64,000 nt of DNA from Candidatus Woesearchaeota archaeon (GCA_046484055.1 JAWOBY010000050.1:1232-65231); one strand, 5' to 3'. Shown: positions 37,699 through 47,507, numbered from the stretch's first letter. Notes: generated by a model not told the origin, from the letters alone. Numbers and translations are program-made.

Positions 37699-40377
37699 AT
37701 GGCAGACTTCAACGAGATAGCCCGGAAATGGCAGAAGAAGTGGGAAGAGAGCAGTATCTTCAGGTCAGAAGAGGACCCAAAAAAGAAGAAATTCTACTGT
37801 CTTGAGATGTTCCCCTACCCCAGCGGAAAGCTGCACATGGGCCACATGAGGAACTATTCGATAGGTGATGCCCTGGCAAGATACAAGCGCATGAAAGGCT
37901 TCAATGTGATCTACCCGATGGGTTATGACGCGCTCGGCCTGCCTGCAGAGAATGCCGCGATAAAGAACCAGAGCCACCCCAAGGAATGGACCTACAAGAT
38001 GATCGAGGCCATGAAGGAACAGCAGAAACAGCTCGGCCTGAGCTATGACTGGGAGAGGGAGATAGCGACCTGCAGCCCGGCATACTACAGGTGGAACCAG
38101 TGGATGTTCCTCAAATTCCTTGAGAAAGGGCTCGCTTACAGGAAGAAAGCACCCATAAACTGGTGTCCGAAATGCCAGACAGTACTGGCCAATGAGCAGG
38201 TGGAGCAGGGCAAATGCTGGAGGTGCGGCTCTGCTGTCGAGGTAAAAGACCTTGAGCAGTGGTTCCTGAAGATAACAGACTATGCTGAAGAGCTCCTGAG
38301 CGAGCTTGACAAAATGGAGAACTGGCCTGAAAGGGTAAAGACCATGCAGAGGAACTGGATAGGCAAGAGCCACGGCACTATGGTCAACTTCAGGCTTGAA
38401 GAGAGCGGCGAGGCGATACCTGTATTCACCACAAGGCCCGACACATTGTACGGGGTCACTTTCATGGTCTTCGCTCCCGAACATCCCAAGGTCATGGAGC
38501 TTGTGCAGGGCACAGAAAATGAGGACAAGATAAAAAAGTTCATCAACAGGGTGGTCATACAGGAGAAATTCACGAGGACTGCCGAGGACAAGGAGAAAGA
38601 GGGCATGTTCACAGGCAAGTACGCCATAAACCCCCTGACTGAGGAAAAAATACCAATATACATAGCGAACTTCGTTCTCATGGAGTACGGTACAGGAATG
38701 ATAATGGCTGTTCCTGCTCACGACCAGCGCGATTTCGAGTTCGCAAAGAAATTTGACATACCAATAAAGGTGGTGATAAGCCCCGAGACATATGAGCTGA
38801 ATCCGGAAAAGATGAGCCGCGCCTACACTGATGAAGGCGAGCTAGTCAATTCAGGAGATTTTGACGGAATGAACAATCTGGAGGCGATAGAGAGGATATC
38901 AGAGCATATAGAGAAGAAAGGCATGGGAAAGAAGACCGTCCAGTACAAGCTAAAGGACTGGCTCATATCAAGGCAGCGCTACTGGGGCACGCCCATACCT
39001 GTCATATACTGCGAGAGATGCGGAACGGTTCCTGTACCGGAAAAGGACCTTCCTGTTGTTCTGCCTGACAAGGCGAACTTCAGCGGGGAAGGAAACCCTC
39101 TCGCAACTAATGATGATTTTGTCAATGCAAAATGCCCCGCCTGCGGCGGCAAGGCAAGAAGGGAGACAGACACGATGGACACATTCGTGGACAGCTCATG
39201 GTATCCATTCAGGTACTGCGACCCCAAGAATGAAGAGAAGCCCTTCGGAAGCAAGGCAGATTATTGGATGCCTGTTGACCAGTACATAGGGGGTATAGAG
39301 CACGCGATACTCCATCTTTTATACGCGAGATTCTGGACAAAAGCGATTAGGGATATAGGACTTACGAAGGCAAGCGAGCCGTTCTCAGCGCTCCTCTGCC
39401 AGGGCATGGTGATAAAGGACGGCAGGAAGATGAGCAAGAGCTTCGGAAATGTGGTTGATCCCACAGAGATAATAAGCAGGTACGGGCCTGACACTGCAAG
39501 GCTTTTCATACTCTTCGCCGCCCTTCCCGAAAAGGAGCTTGAGTGGAGCGATGAAGGCGTCAACGGAGCTTACAGGTTCCTTAACAGGGTCATGAACCTC
39601 GTGGAGGATGACATCAAGGGAAACGATGCAGGGCTCAACAGCAGGGACAGGTACATAACAGCTAAACAGCACAAGACCATAAAACAGGTCACCCAACACA
39701 TAGACAATTTTGAGTTCAGCCTTGCTATAGGCCGGATAATGGAGTTCGTGAATGCCCTGAACAAGTACAGGGAAGGAAGCATAAACAAGAGTGTGTATGA
39801 TGAGGCGGTCAGGACGACAGCACTGCTACTGTCACCATTCTCCCCCCACCTTGCTGAGGAGATGTGGGAGATGCTCGGGAATGAGGGTTTTATATCCCTG
39901 CATGAATGGCCTGAGCATGATGAGAGCATGATAGACGAGAAGGCGGAGCAGGCAGAGGAAATGATACACAACACAATATCCGACATCAACTCAGTGCTAA
40001 GCCTCACAAAGATAGAAAAACCCTCAAAGATAACCCTGTTCGTCGCCCACAGATGGAAGTATGATTATGTCAGCATGCTGAAGCAGAAGCTGGAAGAGAC
40101 AAGGGATCCGTCAGAGATATTAAAGTCAATAATGCAGACAAAGCTGAAGGAGCACGGCAAGGAGATATCAAAGCTCACGCCGAAGCTCGTGGCGGATGTG
40201 AGCAAGCTGCCCAAAGTAGTGCTTGAGCAGGATTCAGAAGCAAAAGCCCTTGATGAAGGGAAAGAAGCCATAGAGAAAGAATTCAATGCAAGGGTTGAAG
40301 TTATCATGGGCGACAAGAGCAAAGAGGAGAAGGCAAATCAGGCCATGCCCGGAAAGCCCGCAATACTTCTTGAATGA
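37699..40377 (+). CDS. leuS: leucyl-tRNA synthetase, bacterial-type sequence
   Basis: 892 aa. [54 protein letters not shown] (HMGH motif) and KMSKS. The N-terminal block follows the bacterial LeuRS pattern rather than the archaeal/eukaryotic one. Confidence 0.95.
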   Translation: MADFNEIARKWQKKWEESSIFRSEEDPKKKKFYCLEMFPYPSGKLHMGHMRNYSIGDALARYKRMKGFNVIYPMGYDALGLPAENAAIKNQSHPKEWTYKMIEAMKEQQKQLGLSYDWEREIATCSPAYYRWNQWMFLKFLEKGLAYRKKAPINWCPKCQTVLANEQVEQGKCWRCGSAVEVKDLEQWFLKITDYAEELLSELDKMENWPERVKTMQRNWIGKSHGTMVNFRLEESGEAIPVFTTRPDTLYGVTFMVFAPEHPKVMELVQGTENEDKIKKFINRVVIQEKFTRTAEDKEKEGMFTGKYAINPLTEEKIPIYIANFVLMEYGTGMIMAVPAHDQRDFEFAKKFDIPIKVVISPETYELNPEKMSRAYTDEGELVNSGDFDGMNNLEAIERISEHIEKKGMGKKTVQYKLKDWLISRQRYWGTPIPVIYCERCGTVPVPEKDLPVVLPDKANFSGEGNPLATNDDFVNAKCPACGGKARRETDTMDTFVDSSWYPFRYCDPKNEEKPFGSKADYWMPVDQYIGGIEHAILHLLYARFWTKAIRDIGLTKASEPFSALLCQGMVIKDGRKMSKSFGNVVDPTEIISRYGPDTARLFILFAALPEKELEWSDEGVNGAYRFLNRVMNLVEDDIKGNDAGLNSRDRYITAKQHKTIKQVTQHIDNFEFSLAIGRIMEFVNALNKYREGSINKSVYDEAVRTTALLLSPFSPHLAEEMWEMLGNEGFISLHEWPEHDESMIDEKAEQAEEMIHNTISDINSVLSLTKIEKPSKITLFVAHRWKYDYVSMLKQKLEETRDPSEILKSIMQTKLKEHGKEISKLTPKLVADVSKLPKVVLEQDSEAKALDEGKEAIEKEFNARVEVIMGDKSKEEKANQAMPGKPAILLE

Positions 40378-40395
40378 ATATTCGCCGCCGCCCAA

Positions 40396-40794
40396 TCATT
40401 TCTTATCTCCAAGTTCTTTCCTTACCTGATTATAAAACTCACTGAATGATCTTCTAGGGTTCAGGGGACTGGTGACCCTGCCAATATACAATAGCAGTAT
40501 ATCCCTGATATCCTGAGGGGTCTTCTCACGCAACTGTTCTTTTGCAGTTTCAAGTTTTCCGTCAAGGCTGGCTTCGTAAGGCCTTTCCGCCCACATCTCA
40601 AGTACAAGAACAGAAGAGTAATCCCCTGATTTAAGCGATTCCTGCTCAGCGCGCTGTATTATATCATGCATATTCATGTTGAAACCTATCTGGTAATATT
40701 CATTGACAGGCCTGTAAATCCTGGCATTTGCCGCTGCTTCTGCTATTCCTTGCTCTCTTCTCCACTTCTCCTGTTCTGATATTCTCCCCGGCAT
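40396..40794 (-). CDS. hypothetical protein
   Basis: 132-aa ORF, predicted helical. No family recognised. Confidence 0.5.
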   Translation of the reverse strand: MPGRISEQEKWRREQGIAEAAANARIYRPVNEYYQIGFNMNMHDIIQRAEQESLKSGDYSSVLVLEMWAERPYEASLDGKLETAKEQLREKTPQDIRDILLLYIGRVTSPLNPRRSFSEFYNQVRKELGDKK

Positions 40795-40985
40795 TATAGT
40801 CTAACCTCATGTGTTTTTTAGCGATGCATGGCCCCGATACTCAATGCGGGCTCATAAGATAATAGCGATCAGGCTGATAGAAATTATGCAGGTTATGCAG
40901 TTCCTGATGGTTATGCCTGATCTCATGCTGGCTGTTGGTATGGATGTGATATTTAAATCTTTTCCGTTCTGCAGCCCTTTCATGC

Positions 40986-41537
40986 TCAGGTCTTGTCAGT
41001 GTAGTTGATCATACCATTTATTGCAGGGGCGTATCTGGCGATATCAGGCACAGGCACATGGAGGCCTGCGGAGAAACACCCTCTTGTCATGAACCTTTCT
41101 GTCTCGCAGTCAACACCCTCAATAGCGCCGCTGCAAAAGATATCCCCTGAACTCGTGTCAATGAACACTCTTCCGTCTCTCCCTTCCTCTCCGCTTATGT
41201 AGTCTCCGCACTGGGCGCATCTCATGGAGATATCATCCTCAAATCCTATCTTGCCTGCTGAGACGGCCTTGGTTATGGCCCTTGCATAGCTTTCATGGAT
41301 CTGGCTGAATAACATGTGGGGAGGGCCGTATTCATTGTCCCAATGCTTTGTGCAGCCCCTCCCATCCACGCTGACATAGCCGTTGCCGCATATGATCGTC
41401 TGCCTTCCAGGATGGATGAGCAGGAAACCTCTTGGATCAGGATTAGCAGGGTGGGGCTCGCCTGCATTCTCCCCGCATGCGCATAAGATCTCAAGTTCGT
41501 TGTACCCTATATTGTACCCTATATTTATCTGTTTCAT
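40986..41537 (-). CDS. hypothetical Cys-rich protein
   Basis: 183 aa with nine Cys, including LCAC and RCAQC. N-terminal NIGYNIGYN repeat. No family recognised. Confidence 0.5.
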   Translation of the reverse strand: MKQINIGYNIGYNELEILCACGENAGEPHPANPDPRGFLLIHPGRQTIICGNGYVSVDGRGCTKHWDNEYGPPHMLFSQIHESYARAITKAVSAGKIGFEDDISMRCAQCGDYISGEEGRDGRVFIDTSSGDIFCSGAIEGVDCETERFMTRGCFSAGLHVPVPDIARYAPAINGMINYTDKT

Positions 41538-41711
41538 CTTTTATTCCTCCGTTTCAGTTTTTGTCCTTTATAGTGTGCTTCAAAAAATAAGCAATAGAAG
41601 TGTGTGAATAGGAATCAAACAATGCACTGCTGGCTACCCGGCCAGCTCACCGCAGAAGCAGAGCTAATATTGAGAATACATTCCTGGATTTTAAAGCTGT
41701 CCTGCCGGATT

Positions 41712-42122
41712 TCATCTTTCAGCATACCTGCGTGCTACATCCTCAACGATTCTGGGCATGATGGGGAGATGGTACACCTGGCCCTTCCTCACCATCTCAT
41801 CTGTGATATCAAAAGAGCGTGTGTTTTCCAGTCTTCCCTTGATGAGCCTGCCTCCTTTGCTGTCAGGGCTGTAATCAAACATGATATGATAAGGGGTCTC
41901 GCCTGAACCAGGAAGGGAAGGGTTTATCTCATGACACTCCCTCCCCATATCATCAGTGTAGCTGGATATGTCTGCCACTTCAGCGAACCTCACATACTCA
42001 CCTCTCACATTCACTATCACTGCCACTGAATCCCCTTCAGCCAGTTGATCAAGATTCTTAAGAGGCCTGCCGAAATTCTCGAGGTGGCGCTGGCACATGA
42101 CAAGTCTGTCTCCTAAAACCAT
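41712..42122 (-). CDS. hypothetical protein
   Basis: 136-aa ORF. No family recognised. Confidence 0.5.
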   Translation of the reverse strand: MVLGDRLVMCQRHLENFGRPLKNLDQLAEGDSVAVIVNVRGEYVRFAEVADISSYTDDMGRECHEINPSLPGSGETPYHIMFDYSPDSKGGRLIKGRLENTRSFDITDEMVRKGQVYHLPIMPRIVEDVARRYAER

Positions 42123-42472
42123 TGTCCGCCCCCCTCCACTTCTGTTCCCATTGCTTTTGTCCCCATTATATACATCCCCATTGAATCCATGAAATCTTTC
42201 CCTTAATGCCGAACCATAGTCTGGACCCCTGATAAGGACGCTGTATTCTTAAGATATTGATTGAGAATAGCAACGCCCTGGTGCGGTTCACTGCACCAGA
42301 ACAAGGACCAGAACTACGACTACCAAAACCAGCTGTACGATTCCTGACAAGACTGATGAGGTTTTGGCTCTCATGGTCTGTGTGGTTATCAGTAAGTGAT
42401 ATATAAATTTTTTGGAGAATCCGGGGCCATGGAAATTTGGCATTTCACCCCCCTGCTAAAGTTTCAGGAAAT

Positions 42473-42744
42473 AAAGGACAGGCACCCCTCACTGGACACA
42501 AGCCATAGGAAGAGGCTGCCCCGGCTTTTCCTCAATCCCGCTACCCTGCAAGCATCAATGCCAAAGGTTAGTGCTGCTTCATTCCTGACCTGACACGATT
42601 CCCTAAGGCACCAATCCTGCAGGACAGAATATCATCGTCCAAGCCAAGACCTCAACCCATGGCCTGCGCCTCATAAGGGGCATCACCCAGCCGTAAAGCC
42701 CGTTTGCTGTATAGGAGAGGGCTGACCTCCCGGCTAGCCTGCCC
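42473..42744 (-). ncRNA. ffs: signal recognition particle RNA (7S/SRP RNA)
   Basis: Minus-strand read. 5' GGGCAGGCUAGCCGGGAGGUCAGCCC (archaeal Alu-domain-like start). Helix-8 core CAGGUCAGGAAUGAAGCAGC has a GGAA tetraloop and AGCA loop, matching the universal CAGGxCxGGAAGxAGCAxC pattern. 5' GGGCAGGC pairs with 3' GCCUGUCC, followed by UUUAUUU. Ends accurate to a few nt. Confidence 0.85.
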
Positions 42745-42765
42745 AATGGCTTTTTCCGGCATGTC

Positions 42766-42773
42766 TTTTTAAA
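42766..42773 (-). promoter_or_regulatory. TATA-box-like element for SRP RNA
   Basis: Minus-strand tttaaaaa lies 22-29 nt upstream of the predicted 5' G at 42744. Confidence 0.45.
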
Positions 42774-42829
42774 TATTTTTCGTTAACTTTATATAAACAG
42801 CTATATTTATAAGGGGAAGAGGTGATACA

Positions 42830-43006
42830 ATGTGCCATGGTAAAGCAGTATGGGGTGGCATAGTTCTTGTTCTCGGCATCCTTCTGCTTCTGAAGGATAC
42901 TGGAGTGTGGGACTTCTGGAACATAACCCCCTGGACGCTGGTCTTCCTAGTGGTGGGTCTGGCTGTCCTGCTGAAAAGCAAGGAATCCAAAAAGAAGAAG
43001 AAATGA
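42830..43006 (+). CDS. 58-aa two-helix membrane peptide with poly-Lys tail
   Basis: Below the track cutoff. Translation MCHGKAVWGGIVLVLGILLLLKDTGVWDFWNITPWTLVFLVVGLAVLLKSKESKKKKK. A purine-rich aaggggaagaggtga precedes the ATG. Confidence 0.5.
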   Translation: MCHGKAVWGGIVLVLGILLLLKDTGVWDFWNITPWTLVFLVVGLAVLLKSKESKKKKK

Positions 43007-43044
43007 TCTTCTTTTAATTTTTATTCTGTTCTCTACTCGGGATC

Positions 43045-44154
43045 TCATATCTTCTTTAGCGACATGTTCTTGAATTCGTTTTCAAGCAGTTTCTCTGCTT
43101 TTTTTGTCAGCTCTCCGGTCGTTATGAAGAATACCGGAAGCTTCTTTGACTGCGCGCTTATGTATACGGAGCTGAGATCGCCGTCATTCACTTTCTTCTT
43201 GTTCTTTGCCTTGCAGAAGTAGGTGAGGGTGCCGACAGGGCTGGGTATCTTTACTGTGAATTCGATGTCTGATTCCTTCCTGATTATGTTAAAGTCCAGC
43301 ATCTCTATACTGTTATCATCAAAGTATTTCTTTATCCTCCTGAAGAAACTGTCATCCGGCTCTCCAGCATCTTCACATTCTTTTCCCTCCTTTGGTTTGG
43401 CCTCTTTCTTGGCATTGTCATTCTCATCGCCGCTATAAGCTTTTTGGCCGAGGGAGCTCTGCACATCTTTCTTTTTCTCCTCGATATTTTTTGCCTCTGT
43501 CTTTTTCGCCGGCTCCTGATTATTAGTTTCATTGTCCTTTGATGGCTGGGGCGATTCCCTCTTATTATCCATCATGCTTTTCCTGTCATCGTTTTCCTCA
43601 TCCTTCACTGCGGGTCCGCCCTGGCTGTCAGTCTGCCTGTTCTTGAGATTCTCATCAGTGTTCCGGGAGTGATTTCCCTCATTGCTGGGCCTTTCCCTGT
43701 CAGTGATGCCCATCATGTCCCTTATTGTCTTTTCCGCCTCTTCATTGGGCACAGCATACCATTTCCAGAATATATGATTTGTATTGTTTATGGTCACCTG
43801 CAATGGCTTCGCGAAATCCTTTAACTGCCTCAGGGCCGCCCTCACAGCAGGCGCCTGCTTCTCATCCCTGAGTATCCTCTTCTCCTTGAGAAGATCGAAC
43901 GCCTCTTTCTCCTTGGGGTGGAGATTCTCTGCGTACTGTTCCAGCTTGTTTTCCTGGCCGGGATAATAATAAAGAGGGGATCCTCCTGATTTTATTGAGG
44001 AAATCTTCAGCATGTTCTTGCTCACCAGCTCCCCCAGGATTGCAGAAGTGAACATTATGTTCGTGTCAAGCTCCTTGTTTATCTGGGAAGGCACGACTGG
44101 ACCTTTCATGCGCACTATCTGTAATGCCTTATCATGGGCGTTGGAGACTGTCAT
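43045..44154 (-). CDS. putative DNA-binding protein: tandem winged-helix-like N-terminus, charged linker, C-terminal restriction-endonuclease-like (Mrr-cat-like) domain
   Basis: 369 aa. N-terminus ALQIVRMKGPVVPSQINKELDTNIMFTSAILGELVSKNMLK...SPLYYYP looks winged-helix-like. C-terminus ESDIEFTVKI...LTYFCKAKNKKKV...VFFITTGELTKKAEKLL fits a D...(E/Q)xK nuclease-fold pattern. Assigned by motif resemblance only. Confidence 0.5.
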   Translation of the reverse strand: MTVSNAHDKALQIVRMKGPVVPSQINKELDTNIMFTSAILGELVSKNMLKISSIKSGGSPLYYYPGQENKLEQYAENLHPKEKEAFDLLKEKRILRDEKQAPAVRAALRQLKDFAKPLQVTINNTNHIFWKWYAVPNEEAEKTIRDMMGITDRERPSNEGNHSRNTDENLKNRQTDSQGGPAVKDEENDDRKSMMDNKRESPQPSKDNETNNQEPAKKTEAKNIEEKKKDVQSSLGQKAYSGDENDNAKKEAKPKEGKECEDAGEPDDSFFRRIKKYFDDNSIEMLDFNIIRKESDIEFTVKIPSPVGTLTYFCKAKNKKKVNDGDLSSVYISAQSKKLPVFFITTGELTKKAEKLLENEFKNMSLKKI

Positions 44155-44255
44155 GGGTTTTTCAAGAAGTTTCCAGCTTTATATATTTTGTTGTTGATGA
44201 TTCCGGCCATGGCAATCCTTCAGCCTGTTTTAGCCAATTTTACGGCCTCGCCGGC

Positions 44256-44918
44256 CTATGGCCTCACCCATCTTATCTCATAGTAGGTGACATCGTTCTC
44301 GTCATCCACTATGCCTATGAGGAGCCTCTTCTTTGTGGAGTGGGCCACCCTGTTCTTTGCCGCGAATTCATACCATGTTATTGTTGATGCCTCATGCACC
44401 GGGTAGATTATCCATTTGGCGTGGTCCTCTCCCGGCTTGACACCGCGGTCATAGACCCTGAAATCAGCTCCGAACTTTAGGGCTGTCTTTATGATGTATC
44501 CCCTGTTCCTTATGTCGCGGAAAACGCAGTATCTGACCCAGAAGTTGGGCTCCAGCTTTGTGGCCTTTCTCGTGAATTTCTCAGGGGCCATCTCACTGCC
44601 CCTTCCGTCCACTATGAAGATCTTGCCCTTGTCAAGAAGGTATAAGGCTTCAACAAGGGAGAGCTGGACCTTTCCGTTGGCCATTATCTTTCCGTACCTG
44701 CTCTGGTTGTAGAGTTCCCTCGCATTGTCAGAATTCTCGGTGAGCACTCTCTCCTTCAGGAATTCGGCCTTGACCGGCTGTTTGTTGACCTGCTGTTTGG
44801 CTTCCTTTCTATGGTCTTTCTGCCCTTTGTCCTGCTCTTGTGCCTCTTCGGGCCTGCCAGCCCTCTCAGTCTCTTCTGTATCGGTTTTCCTGCTGCTTTG
44901 CTTTTTTTTCTTGGCCAT
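44256..44918 (-). CDS. endA: tRNA-splicing endonuclease (EndA)
   Basis: 220 aa. VQLSLVEALYLLDKGKI, YCVFRDIRNRGYIIKTALKFGADFRVY and HAKWIIYPV are catalytic-domain motifs. Has a ~60-aa Lys/Glu-rich N-terminal extension. Confidence 0.9.
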   Translation of the reverse strand: MAKKKKQSSRKTDTEETERAGRPEEAQEQDKGQKDHRKEAKQQVNKQPVKAEFLKERVLTENSDNARELYNQSRYGKIMANGKVQLSLVEALYLLDKGKIFIVDGRGSEMAPEKFTRKATKLEPNFWVRYCVFRDIRNRGYIIKTALKFGADFRVYDRGVKPGEDHAKWIIYPVHEASTITWYEFAAKNRVAHSTKKRLLIGIVDDENDVTYYEIRWVRP

Positions 44919-45096
44919 AATCAGAATTTAGGGCCCCTTTATTTAAATTTTTACGTTCAAGGAATATTATTTTCTATATAGTAAATAAAATATTGGTTAG
45001 TATAGGATATTACAGGTGCCAGCGGATAGCAGGGCATTTCATGATTCCTTTTCGTGATTCAAAACATTTTTAATAGAAGCGGATTTCAGTGAGAGT

Positions 45097-45996
45097 ATGC
45101 AATTGACCTTTTTGGGTACCTCATGCATGGTGCCTACAAAACAGAGGAATGTGAGCGGAGTTTTCCTCAGCTACAAGACTGAGGGGATACTATTCGACTG
45201 CGGTGAGGGCACGCAGAGGCAGATGAACATTGCAGGCATAAAACGCACAAAGGTGACCAAGGTTCTCATAAGCCACTGGCACGGCGATCATGTTTCAGGC
45301 CTGGTCGGCCTGATACAGACCATGGGCAATGATGATACACCCCCCACACTGGAGATCTTCGGGCCGAAAGGGACTGAGAAGCATATGGAGCACCTGATGA
45401 AGATGTGCGTGTTTGAATCCAGGGTCAACCTTAAGATTTATGAGATAGATGTTGATGGGGTGGAGAAGGTTTTCGAGGACAAGAACTTCATCATTGAAGC
45501 GGCACCTCTTAAGCATACAAGCCAGTGTGTGGGTTACTCTTTCATTGAGAAGGACCGGAGAAAGATTGACATGAATTACCTGGCGAAGATGGGGGTTCCT
45601 GAGGGAAAACACCTGCAGGACCTCCACAAGGGAAAATCAATAAAATGGAAAGGAAAAGATGTGGATGTTGATAAGGCCACAAAAGTCATAGGGGGTAAGA
45701 AGATAAGTTATGTCATGGACACTGCGATATGCGACACAGCAATAGAGCTGGCAAGAGACGCTGACGTGCTGATATGCGAATGCGCTTATTCAAGCAGGTT
45801 TTCAGAGAAAGCAAAGCTTTACAAGCATCTCACCTCAAAACAGGCAGCCACAATAGCAAAAGAAGCTGATGCGGACCAGCTTTACCTCACCCATTTCTCC
45901 CAGAGATTCAAGGACACTGATGAGATAGAGGAGGATGCTAAAAGCGTTTTTGAGAATTCTGTGGCTGCGAGGGATTTCATGAAAGTCAGGTTATGA
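45097..45996 (+). CDS. rnz: ribonuclease Z (tRNA 3' endonuclease)
   Basis: 299 aa. Metallo-beta-lactamase motif ISHWHGDHVSGL, N-terminus MQLTFLGTS, C-terminus LYLTHFSQRF. Confidence 0.9.
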   Translation: MQLTFLGTSCMVPTKQRNVSGVFLSYKTEGILFDCGEGTQRQMNIAGIKRTKVTKVLISHWHGDHVSGLVGLIQTMGNDDTPPTLEIFGPKGTEKHMEHLMKMCVFESRVNLKIYEIDVDGVEKVFEDKNFIIEAAPLKHTSQCVGYSFIEKDRRKIDMNYLAKMGVPEGKHLQDLHKGKSIKWKGKDVDVDKATKVIGGKKISYVMDTAICDTAIELARDADVLICECAYSSRFSEKAKLYKHLTSKQAATIAKEADADQLYLTHFSQRFKDTDEIEEDAKSVFENSVAARDFMKVRL

Positions 45997-46166
45997 TTCC
46001 TGTCATTATGCATCCAGCCATATAGCCCCTATTGCCATGCGCCACACCCAGTAGATCAGGATATCAGGGCGCAGGCAAGGTAAAAATTTAAAAATAACAC
46101 ATGCATCTCCTCCGGATAGAGAAGGTTTGAGAGAATAGAGAAAGTTTAAGAAAAAAAGAGGCGAAC

Positions 46167-46376
46167 ATGGCGGGATTCGATTTTAATGCTGTTCTGAATA
46201 AGGTGAAGGGATTCTTCAGGAGTATTCCCGACAAGCTGAAGGCGCTTCCTGACAAGATAAAGGCCCTGCCGGAGACAGTAAAGAATGCTCCTCCTGACGA
46301 GCAGGCAGCGTATGGCGCTGTAGGTCTCGGAAGCTTATTATTCATCACAGGGCTCATACTCATCATTGTGACATGA
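46167..46376 (+). CDS. small tail-anchored membrane protein
   Basis: 69 aa. Amphipathic repeats (DKLKALPDKIKALPETVK), then a C-terminal hydrophobic helix. Confidence 0.45.
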   Translation: MAGFDFNAVLNKVKGFFRSIPDKLKALPDKIKALPETVKNAPPDEQAAYGAVGLGSLLFITGLILIIVT

Positions 46377-46511
46377 TATTTAACAGGATGTCCTGCCCCG
46401 GACCATGATCTCCTGTTTTATGATCCCATGACAACAGCAGATAAGAGAAAAGAAAAAGTATTAATCTCATTCGCCTTTCTTATTATTGAGGGATTCATCC
46501 ATTCTGAGGGT

Positions 46512-46730
46512 CTATTCCCTTGCAGAAAGTTTTATATCGCCTGATTTGACTGTTTTCCTGCCTGCGTGCATGGAAAGCTTCACTGCTTTTGCAGCTATCT
46601 CATTAGCCCTGTCCTCCACAACATCCTTGAGAGCCGCTTTTGCCTTGTCAGAGACCCTATCAGCGCCTGACAGTTTAAGCACTTTCTCCATTGCAGCGAG
46701 TGGAAGCAGTCTTTTGCTTGGGTTAGCCAT
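46512..46730 (-). CDS. archaeal histone (HMf family)
   Basis: 72 aa. LPLAAMEKVLKLSGADRVSDKAKAALKDVVEDRANEIAAKAVKLSMHAGRKTVKSGDIKLS is a histone fold. Confidence 0.9.
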   Translation of the reverse strand: MANPSKRLLPLAAMEKVLKLSGADRVSDKAKAALKDVVEDRANEIAAKAVKLSMHAGRKTVKSGDIKLSARE

Positions 46731-47085
46731 TATATCAACCTCCTATGATGAAACGTGAATCTTTCATGAATCCATTTCTGTAAGGCAAGAAATGCCTTTT
46801 GAATTTGGTAAGAGCAGTGATTTATAAATATTTTGTTTTTTTAAGGGTTTATAAACCTTTTTTAGGCCATAAAAGGCCAGAAAAGACCTGCAATGGCCCA
46901 GCGGGCCATGGGACAGGTTTGTTGGATTGCCGCCTGACTTGATAAGGGGATTGAGGGTGATTAGCGCAACTGTGGGGAGGGGAAGGGTTCAGAGGCGATT
47001 CCAAAATGATTACAGGAAGGGATTCCACTGGACACTGGACTTCCGCAGGTTAAGTATTTAAATAAGAGGTACATGGGATTTTGTC

Positions 47086-47499
47086 ATGACAAAGAAAAGC
47101 AGAGGGATAAGCGCGGAGAGGGAACTTCTGCACAGGTTCTGGGATAACGGCTGGATAGCGATGAGGGCGCCCGCTTCTGGCTCAATAAGGTATCCCTGCC
47201 CTGATCTTCTCGTTGGGAACGCCCTCAGAAAACTTGCCATAGAATGCAAGACCACAAGGTCTGACAAGCAGTATGTGTCAGAAGAGCAGATAGAGAACCT
47301 GAAGAGGTTCAGCAGTGTTTTCGCGGCAGAAGCCTGGCTCGCAGTAAGGTTTGACAGGCATGAGAGAGGCGAATGGTTCTTCCTCAGCCTGGAGGATCTC
47401 AAGAAAACAAGAGGCAATAATTATGTGGTGAGTCTTGAGGAGGCAAGAAACAAAGGGCTTTTCCTGAGTGAGATACTGGGGGAGAACAAGACAGTATGA
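47086..47499 (+). CDS. hjc: Holliday junction resolvase Hjc
   Basis: 137 aa. GISAERELLHRFWDNGWIAMRAPASG, PDLLVGN and AIECKTT match the E...D...E-x-K nuclease motif. Confidence 0.9.
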   Translation: MTKKSRGISAERELLHRFWDNGWIAMRAPASGSIRYPCPDLLVGNALRKLAIECKTTRSDKQYVSEEQIENLKRFSSVFAAEAWLAVRFDRHERGEWFFLSLEDLKKTRGNNYVVSLEEARNKGLFLSEILGENKTV

Positions 47500-47507
47500 A
47501 CAGGATT

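Noticed and set aside
37765-38721. 318-aa minus-strand ORF
   Set aside because: It lies entirely antisense to the catalytic core of leuS, where the HMGH region is unambiguous. It has no recognisable features.
42278-42299. 7-bp hairpin with a GGTTCACT loop resembling a tRNA T-arm
   Set aside because: No acceptor, D or anticodon arms can be built around it, the loop is 8 nt, and the conserved A58 position is lacking.
42323-42367. Hairpin with an 8-bp stem (ccaaaacc/ggttttgg) enclosing CUGA and CUGAUGA, considered as a box C/D sRNA
   Set aside because: The box order is D-like then C-like, the reverse of a C/D RNA. No second box pair occurs at 12-nt guide spacing on either strand. It may still be a small structured element, but it is not a canonical C/D sRNA.
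42396-42593. 65-aa plus-strand ORF
   Set aside because: It overlaps the SRP RNA encoded on the opposite strand. No start context or motif supports it.
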